IMG/VR virus record: IMGVR_UViG_2871841451_000001
Coordinates: 2,813 to 66,812 of that record
Direction: 5' to 3' (one strand)
DNA length: 64,000 bases
Source: a virus
Taxonomy: Duplodnaviria; Caudoviricetes
Below, piece by piece: positions 46,297 through 56,416 of the stretch (the first letter of the stretch is position 1; each line of letters starts with the position of its first letter). The notes below the pieces were generated by a model. The model had not been told where the DNA came from. It ran no database searches and saw only the letters and a list, made by a program, of their open reading frames with translations. A program made the translations under genes and the position numbers.

Positions 46297-47373
46297 ATGT
46301 ATTTCTCCAAAGAGACATTGGCGGCTAACAGCCGTCTCGGCGGTCACTGGAATGAACTGTGGGCTAACCGAAACATCTGGAACGCCCAGCACAATGCAAT
46401 GCTCGCCGCAAACCGTGCGCATATGACGCCTGAAATGCTGGCGTGTAATGCTGTAGGTGGTTTCGCTCGCGAATTCTGGGCTGAAATCGATAACCAAATC
46501 CTGCAGCTGCGCGACCAGGAAGAAGGTATGGAAATCATCAATGATTTGATGGGTGTCCAGACTATTCTTTCTGTTGGTAAAACTGCAAAACTCTATAACG
46601 TTGTTGGTGATATTGCTGATGATGTCTCAGTAAGCATTGACGGCCAGGCGCCGTTCTCATTCGATCACACTGAATATGATAGCGACGGTGACCCGATCCC
46701 TGTCATCACTGCAGGTTATGGGGTTAACTGGCGGCACGCTGCCGGCCTTAATTCCGTGGGTGTTGATCTGGTTCTGGATTCTCAGTCTGCTAAGTTGCGT
46801 AAAGTCAATAAGCGCCGGGTGGCCTATTACCTTGGCGGCGATGAAAAAATTCAGGTTCAGGGCTACCCAGCTCAAGGCCTGAAGAACCACCGCAACAGCA
46901 AAAAGCTCAACCTGGGGGCCGGTGCCGGCGGCGCTAATATCGATCTGACCACCGCGACGATGACTCAGTTGTTCGAGTTCTTCGGTAAGGGGGCTTTCGG
47001 TACGTTGGCACGCGCCAACAAAGTTTCGCAGTACGACGTAATGTGGGTATCCCCGGAAATCTGGGCTAACCTGGCGCAGCCATACGTGGTCAACGGTGTA
47101 GTGAGCGGCAATGTATTGCAAGCGGTAATGCCATTTGCACCGGTGAAAGAAATTCGCCAGACGTTCGCGCTGAAAGGCAACGAGTTCATCGCATACGTTC
47201 GCCGCAAAGATGTGATTTCCCCACTGGTTGGTATGGCTCAGGGCGTTATTCCTTTGCCACGCCCTCTGCCTAACGTTAACTACAACTTCCAGATCATGTC
47301 TGCTGAAGGTCTGCAAATCACTGCGGACGATCAGGGGCTTTCCGGTGTTGTCTACGGCGCCAATCTGGCGTAA
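46297..47373 (+). CDS. Siphoviral major capsid protein
   Basis: 358 aa; position in the head operon. Confidence 0.85.
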   Translation: MYFSKETLAANSRLGGHWNELWANRNIWNAQHNAMLAANRAHMTPEMLACNAVGGFAREFWAEIDNQILQLRDQEEGMEIINDLMGVQTILSVGKTAKLYNVVGDIADDVSVSIDGQAPFSFDHTEYDSDGDPIPVITAGYGVNWRHAAGLNSVGVDLVLDSQSAKLRKVNKRRVAYYLGGDEKIQVQGYPAQGLKNHRNSKKLNLGAGAGGANIDLTTATMTQLFEFFGKGAFGTLARANKVSQYDVMWVSPEIWANLAQPYVVNGVVSGNVLQAVMPFAPVKEIRQTFALKGNEFIAYVRRKDVISPLVGMAQGVIPLPRPLPNVNYNFQIMSAEGLQITADDQGLSGVVYGANLA

Positions 47374-47382
47374 GGGGGAAAC

Positions 47383-47676
47383 ATGGCTAAATACGAAGTT
47401 ATTCGCCCCTGGAATGGCGTAGAGATCGGGGATGTGTTGGAACTGGAAAAGCTTCACCCAGCGCTGAAATCTAACGTGCGTCTGATGCGTGGCGAGGCCG
47501 GCGGTGAACTGACCCCGGCCACCCCGGATGCCGGCAACGAAACAAAGTCGCGCAAGGATGCTATCAAGGCGCGGCTCACTGACCTGGGGATTGAGTTCAA
47601 AGGCAACCTCGGCGAAGAAAAGCTCGCTGAACTGTTGCCGGAAGGCGAGCTCGAAAACCTGTTCCCTGCTGAATAA
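47383..47676 (+). CDS. Small head-associated protein
   Basis: Follows the capsid gene; terminator downstream. Confidence 0.65.
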   Translation: MAKYEVIRPWNGVEIGDVLELEKLHPALKSNVRLMRGEAGGELTPATPDAGNETKSRKDAIKARLTDLGIEFKGNLGEEKLAELLPEGELENLFPAE

Positions 47677-47742
47677 CAGCCGCCGCCAAGGCGGTTTTTT
47701 TATGCCCCGTTTCGGCGGGGTATCTTCTTACAGGAATCAGCC

Positions 47743-48141
47743 ATGGTGAATAAAGAAAAGGCCAAGGAATATCTGGAGTCACAGGGTATCACCTTGCCTG
47801 ATTTCGTCCTGGATGCGCTGGTGGAGCAGGTGAACAGCATTCAGGAATGTCTGGATGCGAATTACCCAGCATCCACGGCATTACTCATCCAACTCTATCT
47901 TCTTGGGCTTATGGGATTAGGCCAGGGCGATAAATACATCAGCTCTCAAACGGCGCCAAGCGGGGCATCGCGTTCGTTCCGCTATCAGTCATTTAGCGAT
48001 CGCTGGAAAGGGGCGCTGAACCTGCTGCGCGGGTTGGACAAAAAAGGGTGCGCTACAGGCCTGATTCCACCTGACCCAACAAACAAGGCTTTTGCCGGTG
48101 TCTGGATCGGCAAGGGTGGCTGCATGTGCGGTGGTGGTTGA
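47743..48141 (+). CDS. Head-tail adaptor
   Basis: ISSQTAPSGASRSF; gene order. Confidence 0.7.
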   Translation: MVNKEKAKEYLESQGITLPDFVLDALVEQVNSIQECLDANYPASTALLIQLYLLGLMGLGQGDKYISSQTAPSGASRSFRYQSFSDRWKGALNLLRGLDKKGCATGLIPPDPTNKAFAGVWIGKGGCMCGGG

Positions 48142-48311
48142 TGGCATGGATACCTGTCACCGAACGATTACCAAAGCCTTTTGATCGCGTCTGGGTGAAG
48201 ACAGATTCCGATCGGCAGACTACTGCTTACATCAAATCGGATGGGGAATGGTTCATCAATTGTCCGCGCATTCGTGAGACTGGTGCGAAGGTGTTGCAAT
48301 GGAGGGAATGA
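48141..48311 (+). CDS. Stand-alone DUF551-like mini protein
   Basis: WIPVTERLP...VLQW. Confidence 0.6.
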   Translation: MAWIPVTERLPKPFDRVWVKTDSDRQTTAYIKSDGEWFINCPRIRETGAKVLQWRE

Positions 48312-48314
48312 AAG

Positions 48315-48551
48315 ATGGCGATTGTAAAAAGTACGATTAGTGCATTAAACGTGACGGTGGTTTATCACGTTGCAGGTGAAACAAAGACGTTTAGTGAGTC
48401 CGTTGTTTCACAAATCGTTATCGACCGTTACTTGCAACTTGAATGCGGCGATACCGTAGGTCTATTCGTGCCGGTAGGAAAAGGCCAGCAGGTCAACGCG
48501 CTGAATATCGAATGGTTTGAAATTGAGCGCATTATGGCGCCAAAGGAGTGA
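48315..48551 (+). CDS. Hypothetical protein
   Basis: Intact ORF in the operon. Confidence 0.55.
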   Translation: MAIVKSTISALNVTVVYHVAGETKTFSESVVSQIVIDRYLQLECGDTVGLFVPVGKGQQVNALNIEWFEIERIMAPKE

Positions 48552-48554
48552 CCG

Positions 48555-48902
48555 GTGTCGAGTGTAGCAAGCTGGTCTTATACTGCCCAGGCCACCATAT
48601 GGCGAAATCTCGGCAATAGCGAAGCGGGCGATCCTCTGGGTTGGGCTACGCCTGAAATTATCATGTGCGATTACCAGGGCGGACTCTCGGCGAAGCTGAA
48701 CAATATCGGTTCGGAAATAACCGTTAAAAACACTGTGTGGACTGAATTCACCGAAGCCAAGAAAGGCGACTATCTGCTTATCGGCGTGTCTACCATGGTA
48801 GACCCGATCGCCGCGGGTGCCGATGAGGTGGTACAGGTGATCCGCTATGCCGACACGTTCGAGCGCCTGGCAGAGGATATAGCCATTCTGACGGGAGCGT
48901 AG
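48555..48902 (+). CDS. Head closure protein
   Basis: SWSYTAQATIW; gene order. Confidence 0.7.
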   Translation: MSSVASWSYTAQATIWRNLGNSEAGDPLGWATPEIIMCDYQGGLSAKLNNIGSEITVKNTVWTEFTEAKKGDYLLIGVSTMVDPIAAGADEVVQVIRYADTFERLAEDIAILTGA

Positions 48903-48904
48903 CG

Positions 48905-49315
48905 ATGGGCGTAAAGATAAAGGGTATCAAAGAGGCCCAGCGGCGCCTTGATGCCGTGGTTGAGGATGTCAGGACGAGAAAGGCGGTTAGGGCTATCAAA
49001 ACAGCGCTGTTTATCATCGGCAATGAGGCAGCCCTGATGACCCCAATAGGTAAAACCTCGGTACTGTTTAACTCGCAATACCAGGATACCCCCGTAGTGA
49101 ATGGAACACGCATCACTGGGCGTATCGGGTATTCGGCCAACTATGCGGTCTATGTCCATAACGCCAGTGGCATTTTAAAAGGGCTGCCGCGTCCTAAGTC
49201 GCAAGGTGGCGGTAATTATTGGGATCCATCTGGTGAACCTAAATTCCTCACCAAGGCCGCAGAGAAAACCCGCCGGCAAGTGGACGAGATAATCAGGAAG
49301 GAGATGATGCTGTGA
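48905..49315 (+). CDS. Neck protein (HK97 gp10-like)
   Basis: GYSANYAVYVH...PKFLTKA. Confidence 0.75.
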   Translation: MGVKIKGIKEAQRRLDAVVEDVRTRKAVRAIKTALFIIGNEAALMTPIGKTSVLFNSQYQDTPVVNGTRITGRIGYSANYAVYVHNASGILKGLPRPKSQGGGNYWDPSGEPKFLTKAAEKTRRQVDEIIRKEMML

Positions 49316-49695
49316 CACCTCCAATGTATCTCCGCCTGCGAAATCTTTTCGAGAGTGCAGGCCTAACCGCGGGGCTCACCATCCAAACGCTGATGTGGAA
49401 CGACACGGGTAAGTTATCAGACGCCTTCATCGTGTTCAGGCCTGGTGGTGGTTCAGATATTCAATACGACCGCGGCGGAGATTTCTTCGTAATGGTCGAT
49501 GTTGTCGGGGCCAAAGGGAAGAACGCAGAAGCAGATGCCGCGGCGAACAAAATCGCCGACTACATCAGCATCCAGCAGGGCGCTGATAGCTGTGTTGGCG
49601 CTATGCGTCTGCTTGGAGGCTCTCCAACGCCAATCCCATCAGCAGAGGGGCGATTAATCTACCGACTTTTAGTCTGCTGCACCTACGGCGAATAA
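49312..49695 (+). CDS. Tail terminator
   Basis: Gene order, directly before the tail tube gene. Confidence 0.7.
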   Translation: MTPPMYLRLRNLFESAGLTAGLTIQTLMWNDTGKLSDAFIVFRPGGGSDIQYDRGGDFFVMVDVVGAKGKNAEADAAANKIADYISIQQGADSCVGAMRLLGGSPTPIPSAEGRLIYRLLVCCTYGE

Positions 49696-49755
49696 CGCAC
49701 ATATCTATCCATCAGGCTGCCTCTGGGCGGCCTTTTTTATTTGAAGAGGTAACAC

Positions 49756-50505
49756 ATGCAAGGTTGTGCAAATGATACCGGCAAGCTGATCGGTAAAGTC
49801 GCGGTGGTGCGTATGGCTTTCGGCTGTGCTGATACGCTGCCGGAACTGAGTGACTGGAAGCGCCTCGGCGCTATGACCACCAAGAGCTTCGACTTCTCAC
49901 CAAACTCCGTGACGTCTGAAGCAGACGACGCGAAAGGGCTGGTGGAGAACCTGGTAACCAGTATGGACTTCACCATTTCCGGTGAAGGTGAATTCCGTCG
50001 TAAAGACAAAACCACTGAGATTGGCGCGCTCAACATCTCCAAGTACATTTTCGATGAAGTTCAGGCCGGCCGGCAGCCGTCTATCTGGGTGCGATTCGAT
50101 TTCGTCGGCGAAGATTCCGGCACCTACATCATGGGCTACTTTAACAGCACGTCATGGTCTGGTGATTTTGGTACGAGCGACATCGCCACTTTCTCTGGTG
50201 AGTGGAAAGTGGCTGATGCCGATACTGTCGTGTTTGAAGTCGCCGCGGACGTTCCGGTTACCGGTGTGACGGTGGCGCCAGCAACAGCAAGCATTGCCGT
50301 AGGGGCGACTCAGCAGCTTACCGCTACCGTGGCGCCGGCAGATGCCAGCGATAAAACTGGCACCTGGTCATCCTCGGCAACCGGTAAGGCTACCGTCAAT
50401 CAGTCAGGTCTCGTTACTGGCGTTTCTGCCGGCGCGGCCACAATCACGTTTACCACCAATGATGGCACCAAAACATCAACCAGCGCGATCACCGTTACCG
50501 CGTGA
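49756..50505 (+). CDS. Major tail tube protein with C-terminal Ig-like (Big_2) domain
   Basis: VPVTGVTVAP...WSSSATGKATV. Confidence 0.88.
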   Translation: MQGCANDTGKLIGKVAVVRMAFGCADTLPELSDWKRLGAMTTKSFDFSPNSVTSEADDAKGLVENLVTSMDFTISGEGEFRRKDKTTEIGALNISKYIFDEVQAGRQPSIWVRFDFVGEDSGTYIMGYFNSTSWSGDFGTSDIATFSGEWKVADADTVVFEVAADVPVTGVTVAPATASIAVGATQQLTATVAPADASDKTGTWSSSATGKATVNQSGLVTGVSAGAATITFTTNDGTKTSTSAITVTA

Positions 50506-50556
50506 CTATCACAAAGGGCGTACTGCGCCCTTGATGATAATTATTCGAGGCATCTC

Positions 50557-51228
50557 ATGACACCAATCACTGAATTAGGCGAGATGGTCATCACCGATGC
50601 CGATCGCGATTACTTCCTTCGACCTTCGTTCGCAAACATGACCCGTATAGGCTCGCCAGCGGAGATTGTAGAGCGCTTTGCTGAACTCCATACCAGTGAG
50701 GCGCCACGGTTACTTGAAGCCGCTGTTGAGGCATACGGTGAGGTTCCTGGGTGGTTGCTGGCATACATCAACGCTCCGTCATTCAGTAGCTCAGCAATAT
50801 TCGCCGGGATGATCGTCATGCAGGCATGTTGTGATGATGACCTTAGCGCGCTGGTGGGAGAGTTGCGGCCAAGCAAACGAGGGAAGAGGGCTTTCGTGTT
50901 TCGCCGCGGCAAGATGCCGGCGAGCGATATCATTGTGATCGGCCAATCGCTGATCACCCACGGCATCATCGGCAAGGCAAAGATACGCAAGTTGCAGCGT
51001 CACGAGTCGAACAGTTACGTGAACGAGTTCAACGCTTTTGAGTACATCAGCGCAGCGCGCAATCACTTCAACATGCCCCGCGCCGAAGCAGAGTGCCTTT
51101 CGATGACCGAGTTTCAGTTGCTGCTGGCGGCAAAGTACCCAGAGCAAAAAGGCTTCACGCGCGAAGAGTACGACCAGGTGATGGACGAAGACGAGAAGCG
51201 CTGGCAGGCGATGATGGCGAGGAAATGA
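50557..51228 (+). CDS. Tail assembly chaperone (DUF6246-like)
   Basis: Between tail tube and tape measure; LSMTEFQLLL. Confidence 0.7.
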   Translation: MTPITELGEMVITDADRDYFLRPSFANMTRIGSPAEIVERFAELHTSEAPRLLEAAVEAYGEVPGWLLAYINAPSFSSSAIFAGMIVMQACCDDDLSALVGELRPSKRGKRAFVFRRGKMPASDIIVIGQSLITHGIIGKAKIRKLQRHESNSYVNEFNAFEYISAARNHFNMPRAEAECLSMTEFQLLLAAKYPEQKGFTREEYDQVMDEDEKRWQAMMARK

Positions 51229-51392
51229 ACTCGCCTTTGTAATCGTTTGAAACGACGCTGTTTGAGCCTCTATCAAGCAGATTCATATCAGCTATGCAAA
51301 TTTTTTAATCAGTTCTGCATTGATCATTTGCGAGCATAGGTATTAAACTTCGAGTTGAGTTACCAATATGGTAACCGAACTGGAGAGAAGAG

Positions 51393-51692
51393 ATGAAAAC
51401 CTTACGTTGCATGGCCTATCAGCAGAACGGGGTGTTTGTCGCCGCCTGCCTTGATTTGTCGCTGGCAGCACAGGCAGATACCATGCAGGAAGCAATGAAA
51501 AAATTGGATGCCCAAGTTAAAGATTATCTTGAAGAGGCGTTCTCTGAACCAGCTTACACTAAACAGCTTTTGAACCGCAAAGCGCCGCTCTCGATGTGGC
51601 TAAAGTACTGGAACATCGCTTTCAGAATTTTCTTTAGCAACAAGCAAGGGCCGAGCAAGTTGTTCCGCGAGCCGTGTGAGGCTACTGCATGA
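51393..51692 (+). CDS. hicB: HicB-like antitoxin, no evident DNA-binding domain
   Basis: FVAACLDLSLAAQADTMQEA partial RNase H fold; adjacent to hicA. Confidence 0.7.
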   Translation: MKTLRCMAYQQNGVFVAACLDLSLAAQADTMQEAMKKLDAQVKDYLEEAFSEPAYTKQLLNRKAPLSMWLKYWNIAFRIFFSNKQGPSKLFREPCEATA

Positions 51693-51701
51693 GACTAGCA
51701 T

Positions 51702-51986
51702 ATGTTCGGTAGGAAACTTTCTCCGCTGAAGTATGCTGAAGTTGTTAGCGGGTTAAGGGCGTTAGGATTCGAGATGAAACCTAAGACCGGAACCTCGCAT
51801 GAACAATGGATAAGAAAGACTGCAAACTCAAAGCATGTTGTTACAGTCGATAAGCACCACGCCCCTTTTTCTCGTGATCTGATAAAGTCAATGGCGAAAC
51901 AGGCTGGCGTGGATGCTAAGAAGTTTCATGCACTTTGCAGGGGTGACTGCACCCTAAAGGATATAGGCCTCGAGCCTGCTGAATAA
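51702..51986 (+). CDS. hicA: HicA-family mRNase toxin
   Basis: LRALGFE...GTSHEQW...VTV...LIKSMAKQAG. Confidence 0.82.
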   Translation: MFGRKLSPLKYAEVVSGLRALGFEMKPKTGTSHEQWIRKTANSKHVVTVDKHHAPFSRDLIKSMAKQAGVDAKKFHALCRGDCTLKDIGLEPAE

Positions 51987-52061
51987 AACCCACCCAAGAG
52001 GTGGGTTTTTGCTTTCTGCGGGTGCTATAGTGCTCAATCATCCTTAACAATGGTGATTGCT

Positions 52062-52256
52062 ATGAAATGGATATCGGTAGGCGAGAGGTTGCCAGAGGCT
52101 GGCCTTTATCGCGTAATCGTCGCAACAGACAAGGGCGTTGGCTCTGCCAATTTCAACCCTATCAACGGTTTTCAGGCGGTAACGCTTAATGGAAGTACTC
52201 AGTACTCTAATCTTACAGTGACCCACTGGATGCCGTTCCCTGATGCGCCTCAATAG
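52062..52256 (+). CDS. Stand-alone DUF551 mini protein
   Basis: WISVGERLP...VTHWMPFPDAP. Confidence 0.7.
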   Translation: MKWISVGERLPEAGLYRVIVATDKGVGSANFNPINGFQAVTLNGSTQYSNLTVTHWMPFPDAPQ

Positions 52257-52368
52257 CGATGAAGATAAGCCCACTTGAGTGGGCTTTTTGCATTCTAAGG
52301 CTTACTTTACCTCACAAGTGAGATTCGTTATCATTTGCATGGTTGATTGTTACTATAAGGATGTAGAG

Positions 52369-52569
52369 ATGCGTAAGTTACTGCTGGTTGCCCTGGGTGT
52401 GGTAGCTCTATCAGGATGCGCAGGCCAGAACGATGATTATCAATTGAATAGCAAACAATCGTCTACTCAGAAAGACAGCAAAGAGTGGAAAGAGTTTGTC
52501 GCTCCTCTGTCTACCAAAACTCAATCGCCACAAGACAGACTGATGAAGCGTGCCGAGAGAAACTACTGA
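52369..52569 (+). CDS. Small lipoprotein moron
   Basis: Lipobox LSG-C; flanked by near-identical terminators. Confidence 0.7.
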   Translation: MRKLLLVALGVVALSGCAGQNDDYQLNSKQSSTQKDSKEWKEFVAPLSTKTQSPQDRLMKRAERNY

Positions 52570-52686
52570 CTGATAAAAGCCCACCTGAGTGGGCTTTTTG
52601 CTTCCTGCTCCCTCGTTTTCGTTGCCACCGCCGACGCCTCTGCTACCATGTAACGACTTGTTACTTGTCTATGGGAAAAGGACTAA

Positions 52687-53091
52687 ATGAAGAAGATTGC
52701 AGTTGTTGGGGCCATACTGGCGTCACTTGCTATGTCTGGTTGTTCATCACAGCAACCGCCTAGCCAGGCTCAAATATCCTCTGCTAGTTACGGTGAACTT
52801 CCGAAAGATTATCAAGAGAAAATTAAAAATCATTTTAACTCCACATTAAAAGATCCCTATTCGGCTCAATATAAGTTCATGCCAACCTTCAAGGGGTACT
52901 CTCAGGATGGCCAATGGTCACCATCTGGTGGGAAGGTAACTTTTGGGTGGGTATCACCCGTTCTGGTTAATGCCAAGAATAGCTATGGTGGCTATACCGG
53001 AGATCAGAAGTATGTGTTTATCTTCTCTGGTGGCGAGATGTATGACGTTACGGCCATGAGCCAATTTGGTATGGTTCATCCAGTCAAGTAA
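52687..53091 (+). CDS. Lipoprotein moron
   Basis: Lipobox MSG-C; LKDPYSA and VNAKNSYGGYTG. Confidence 0.75.
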   Translation: MKKIAVVGAILASLAMSGCSSQQPPSQAQISSASYGELPKDYQEKIKNHFNSTLKDPYSAQYKFMPTFKGYSQDGQWSPSGGKVTFGWVSPVLVNAKNSYGGYTGDQKYVFIFSGGEMYDVTAMSQFGMVHPVK

Positions 53092-53146
53092 AGTAATAAT
53101 TTAACGATAAAACCCCGCTCTGGCGGGGTTTTTTTATGCCCGGAGA

Positions 53147-56100
53147 ATGGTTATGGCGAGCGAAGAACAAGTTGGCAATATCGTTTATGAAGTAGAAATG
53201 AATGTTGCCAATCTGCTCGAGGCGCAACGCAAAGTTAACGAACGGCTGGACACAATGGATGAGCGTTTTAAACGTTCAGCAAAATCATCCGACACGCTAT
53301 CTACCTCCGTAACACGCCTGGCTGGTGCTGTTTCGGCGGCAATCTCAGTGCAACAAGTTGCTAAGTATGCTGACGCTTGGACGACAGTAAACAACAAGCT
53401 CGCAAACTCGGTTAAGGCAAATGAAGACCTTGCGACAGTCACGCAACGAGTTTTTTCCATTGCTCAAGATACGAGGGCGGCTCTTGATGCCACAGCGTCT
53501 TTGTATCAGCGTCTTGAAAGGGCAACACGAAGCTATGGAACTAGTGTTGATGATGTTGCGAGATTAACAACGATCATTAACCAAGGTTTTGTCGTTTCAG
53601 GTGCTACAGCTCAGGAAGCAAGTAACGCTGTTATTCAGCTGTCTCAGGGCTTAGCTTCTGGCGCGCTTCGTGGTGAGGAGTTCAATTCTGTAACTGAACA
53701 AGGTGGTCGGCTGGCTACGGCGCTGGCTGATTCCTTGGGGGTTAATATCGGCCAGCTTAGAGCAATGGCTGCTGAAGGCAAGCTGACAACGGATGTAGTT
53801 GTTAAGGGCCTTCTCTCTCAAGGAGATGCGATAGGGAAAGAGTTTGCGAATACTACGACTACTATTGGACAGGCGCTTGAGATTGCCAATAACAATATAA
53901 TTCAATTCATTGGCAGTTCAACGACAGTTAAGTCTACTGTTTCACTATTTAACAGCTCAATTATTACGCTAAGCGAAAATCTTGATGTCGTTGCGAAAGT
54001 AATCGGTTCAGTGGCCGCTATCGTCGGCACTCGTTACGCAGCAGCTCTTACACTCGCTGTAGCAGGACAGGTTAAGCTTGCCGCAACTGCTTTTGCTGCC
54101 TCAACATCTCTATCTGCTTTTGGTGCTGCTGCTGCTCTGGCTAGAGGGGCGCTTGCGTTAATCGGCGGCCCCGCAGGGGCTGCTGTGCTCGCTGCTTCTG
54201 CAATCTTTTATTTTTACCAACGAGCAAAAGAAGCGCGGCAGGCGGCCATTGAGTTAGCCGACGGCGTGAATGCTCTGTTAGGTAAGATGAAGGACATGTC
54301 TGCCACCGAGATCGCAGCCAGTATCGCAAAACTACGTGGTGCGATACCTGAATTAACTGGTGCAGTCAAAGATGCAAGCGACGAGTATGATAAAGCGTCG
54401 AAGCGCGTTGCAAACCTTCAGCGAGAAGTTGATAACTGGGGAACTGGCACTACACGTGGGCGCCAGGCTGCCGAGGCATTAACCGGAGCTATTGATAACC
54501 AAAACATAGCTTTTGCAGAGCTTGACAGAGCCCAAAGAAATCTCAGCCAAACACAAAGTGCTGTAGGAATTGCTTCTGCGCAGTTGAATGGCACTTTTGA
54601 GCAAGGGATTGGATTGCTTTCCAAACATGGCGAGCAAGCTGGGTTTGCTGCCGGAATGATGAATCAACTCGGTAAGCAATTGAATTTTGCAGCCGGTGCT
54701 CAGGAAAAATTCAATGCATCTAACCTGAAAATAACCAGACCCAAGAACGTCCAAGACTACCTTGACGGCCTTCAAGATCAGGTTGAACTTCAGGCGGAAT
54801 TAAACGATAAGAAGCGAGCTCAGCTTAAAGCGGAGCAACAAATAAGACGGCTGGGAGGAACAGAGGCTGATGTTGTTTTGGCAAGAGAGCGCGCTGCTGC
54901 TGAATATGACTCTCTTCAGGCGCAGCAGGAGCAAAAGAAGGCAACCAAGGAAGGGATAGCGGAGAGCAAGAAGTCAGCCAATCAGGCGGAAAGCGCTGCA
55001 CAGAAAGTCGCCAACCTCAAACAGCAGTCTAAGCTGGCTGCAGGTTCTACTCAAGAGCTAACCCGTGAGCAAGCCATACTGCAGGCGCAACTTTCTCTTG
55101 GTAAAGGAGCGACGAAAGAACAGATTAAGCTTGCGGGGCAATATCGAGCTGAAATCTGGGATACTGCAGCGGCACTTAAAGCTCAGAACGCTGTTCCAGA
55201 ACTGAAGGAAAACGCAAACTACGCCTCTCAGAAGGCTCAACTGCAAATGTTGAAAGAGGCGAAGGATGCTCAGGGTAACCTACTTATCAGTCAAAAGCAG
55301 TTCAGCCAACTTTCCGAGCAGCTTGAACGTGAACACCAGGTAAACCTTGCCAGAATCCGAGCGGAACAGGCTACGTCCAATCCGATAGCTGATGCGCGCG
55401 GACAGGTTGACCCTATTCAGCAGTTGGCTAATGAGAACAGTCAGAAACTGGCTTTGATGAAAGAATATCAGGCTCAGGAGCTGGCGATTATCAAACAATC
55501 TTATGATGCCAATAAGATCACTTACGAGCAGTTCATTGCTGCAAAACGCGCCACGGATGATCAGTACCTGGCTTTACGTACTGCCCAGGAGAAACAATAC
55601 CAGGAGCAGCAAACGGCGGCGCAATGGCAGCTGTTGAGCCAGCAAAGCCTTGGTTACAACATGCTGACGAGCGCTATCGATGCCTTCTCGGGCAATGCCT
55701 CAAACGCTATTACAGGGCTGCTTACCGGCACCATGTCGGCACAAGAGGCGATGCGGTCGCTTGGCAACACCATCCTGAATAGTGTGATAAACAGCATCGT
55801 TCAGGTGGGCATGGAGGCATTGAAAAATTACATCCTCGGCCAGACGCTTGGCGCCGCATCCGTGGCGTCATCTGTGGGTATGGCTGCAACAACGGCTTCT
55901 GCCTGGGCGCCGGCGGCCGCAATGGCATCACTGGCAACTCTTGGCGCTAACGCGGCTCCAGCGGCTGCAGGGATAACCTCAACCGTTGGATTGGCTGGTG
56001 GGCTGGCTTTGGCTGGAGCGCGTTATAACGGCGGCCCTGTGAGCGCTGGCGCGATGTACCAGGTAGGTGAGCGAGGCAAGCCAGAGATTTACCAGGCGAG

Positions 56101-56359
56101 CACTGGTAAGCAGTACATGATCCCCGGTGACAACGGCAAGGTGATCAGCAATAAGCAGATCACCGGCGGCGGCAGTGCGGCGCCAACCATCATCATCGAG
56201 AACTACTCATCCGGTGCTGGCGTAATGGATACCCAGGCTAGCAAAGGGGCTGATGGTGCCGATGTGGTGCGCATCGTGCTGGCGGATCTACAGCAAGGTG
56301 GCCAAATCAGTCAGGGTATATCCCAGTATCACCAGGCTCCCCGCAAAGCCACTGAATAG
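53147..56359 (+). CDS. Tail tape measure protein
   Basis: QLSQGLASGALRGEEFNSV; 1070 aa, Ala-rich. Confidence 0.93.
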   Translation: MVMASEEQVGNIVYEVEMNVANLLEAQRKVNERLDTMDERFKRSAKSSDTLSTSVTRLAGAVSAAISVQQVAKYADAWTTVNNKLANSVKANEDLATVTQRVFSIAQDTRAALDATASLYQRLERATRSYGTSVDDVARLTTIINQGFVVSGATAQEASNAVIQLSQGLASGALRGEEFNSVTEQGGRLATALADSLGVNIGQLRAMAAEGKLTTDVVVKGLLSQGDAIGKEFANTTTTIGQALEIANNNIIQFIGSSTTVKSTVSLFNSSIITLSENLDVVAKVIGSVAAIVGTRYAAALTLAVAGQVKLAATAFAASTSLSAFGAAAALARGALALIGGPAGAAVLAASAIFYFYQRAKEARQAAIELADGVNALLGKMKDMSATEIAASIAKLRGAIPELTGAVKDASDEYDKASKRVANLQREVDNWGTGTTRGRQAAEALTGAIDNQNIAFAELDRAQRNLSQTQSAVGIASAQLNGTFEQGIGLLSKHGEQAGFAAGMMNQLGKQLNFAAGAQEKFNASNLKITRPKNVQDYLDGLQDQVELQAELNDKKRAQLKAEQQIRRLGGTEADVVLARERAAAEYDSLQAQQEQKKATKEGIAESKKSANQAESAAQKVANLKQQSKLAAGSTQELTREQAILQAQLSLGKGATKEQIKLAGQYRAEIWDTAAALKAQNAVPELKENANYASQKAQLQMLKEAKDAQGNLLISQKQFSQLSEQLEREHQVNLARIRAEQATSNPIADARGQVDPIQQLANENSQKLALMKEYQAQELAIIKQSYDANKITYEQFIAAKRATDDQYLALRTAQEKQYQEQQTAAQWQLLSQQSLGYNMLTSAIDAFSGNASNAITGLLTGTMSAQEAMRSLGNTILNSVINSIVQVGMEALKNYILGQTLGAASVASSVGMAATTASAWAPAAAMASLATLGANAAPAAAGITSTVGLAGGLALAGARYNGGPVSAGAMYQVGERGKPEIYQASTGKQYMIPGDNGKVISNKQITGGGSAAPTIIIENYSSGAGVMDTQASKGADGADVVRIVLADLQQGGQISQGISQYHQAPRKATE

Positions 56360-56416
56360 CGGCACTCAAACCTCCATAACCCGCTTCGGCGGGTTTTTTA
56401 TTACCGGGAGAAAACC

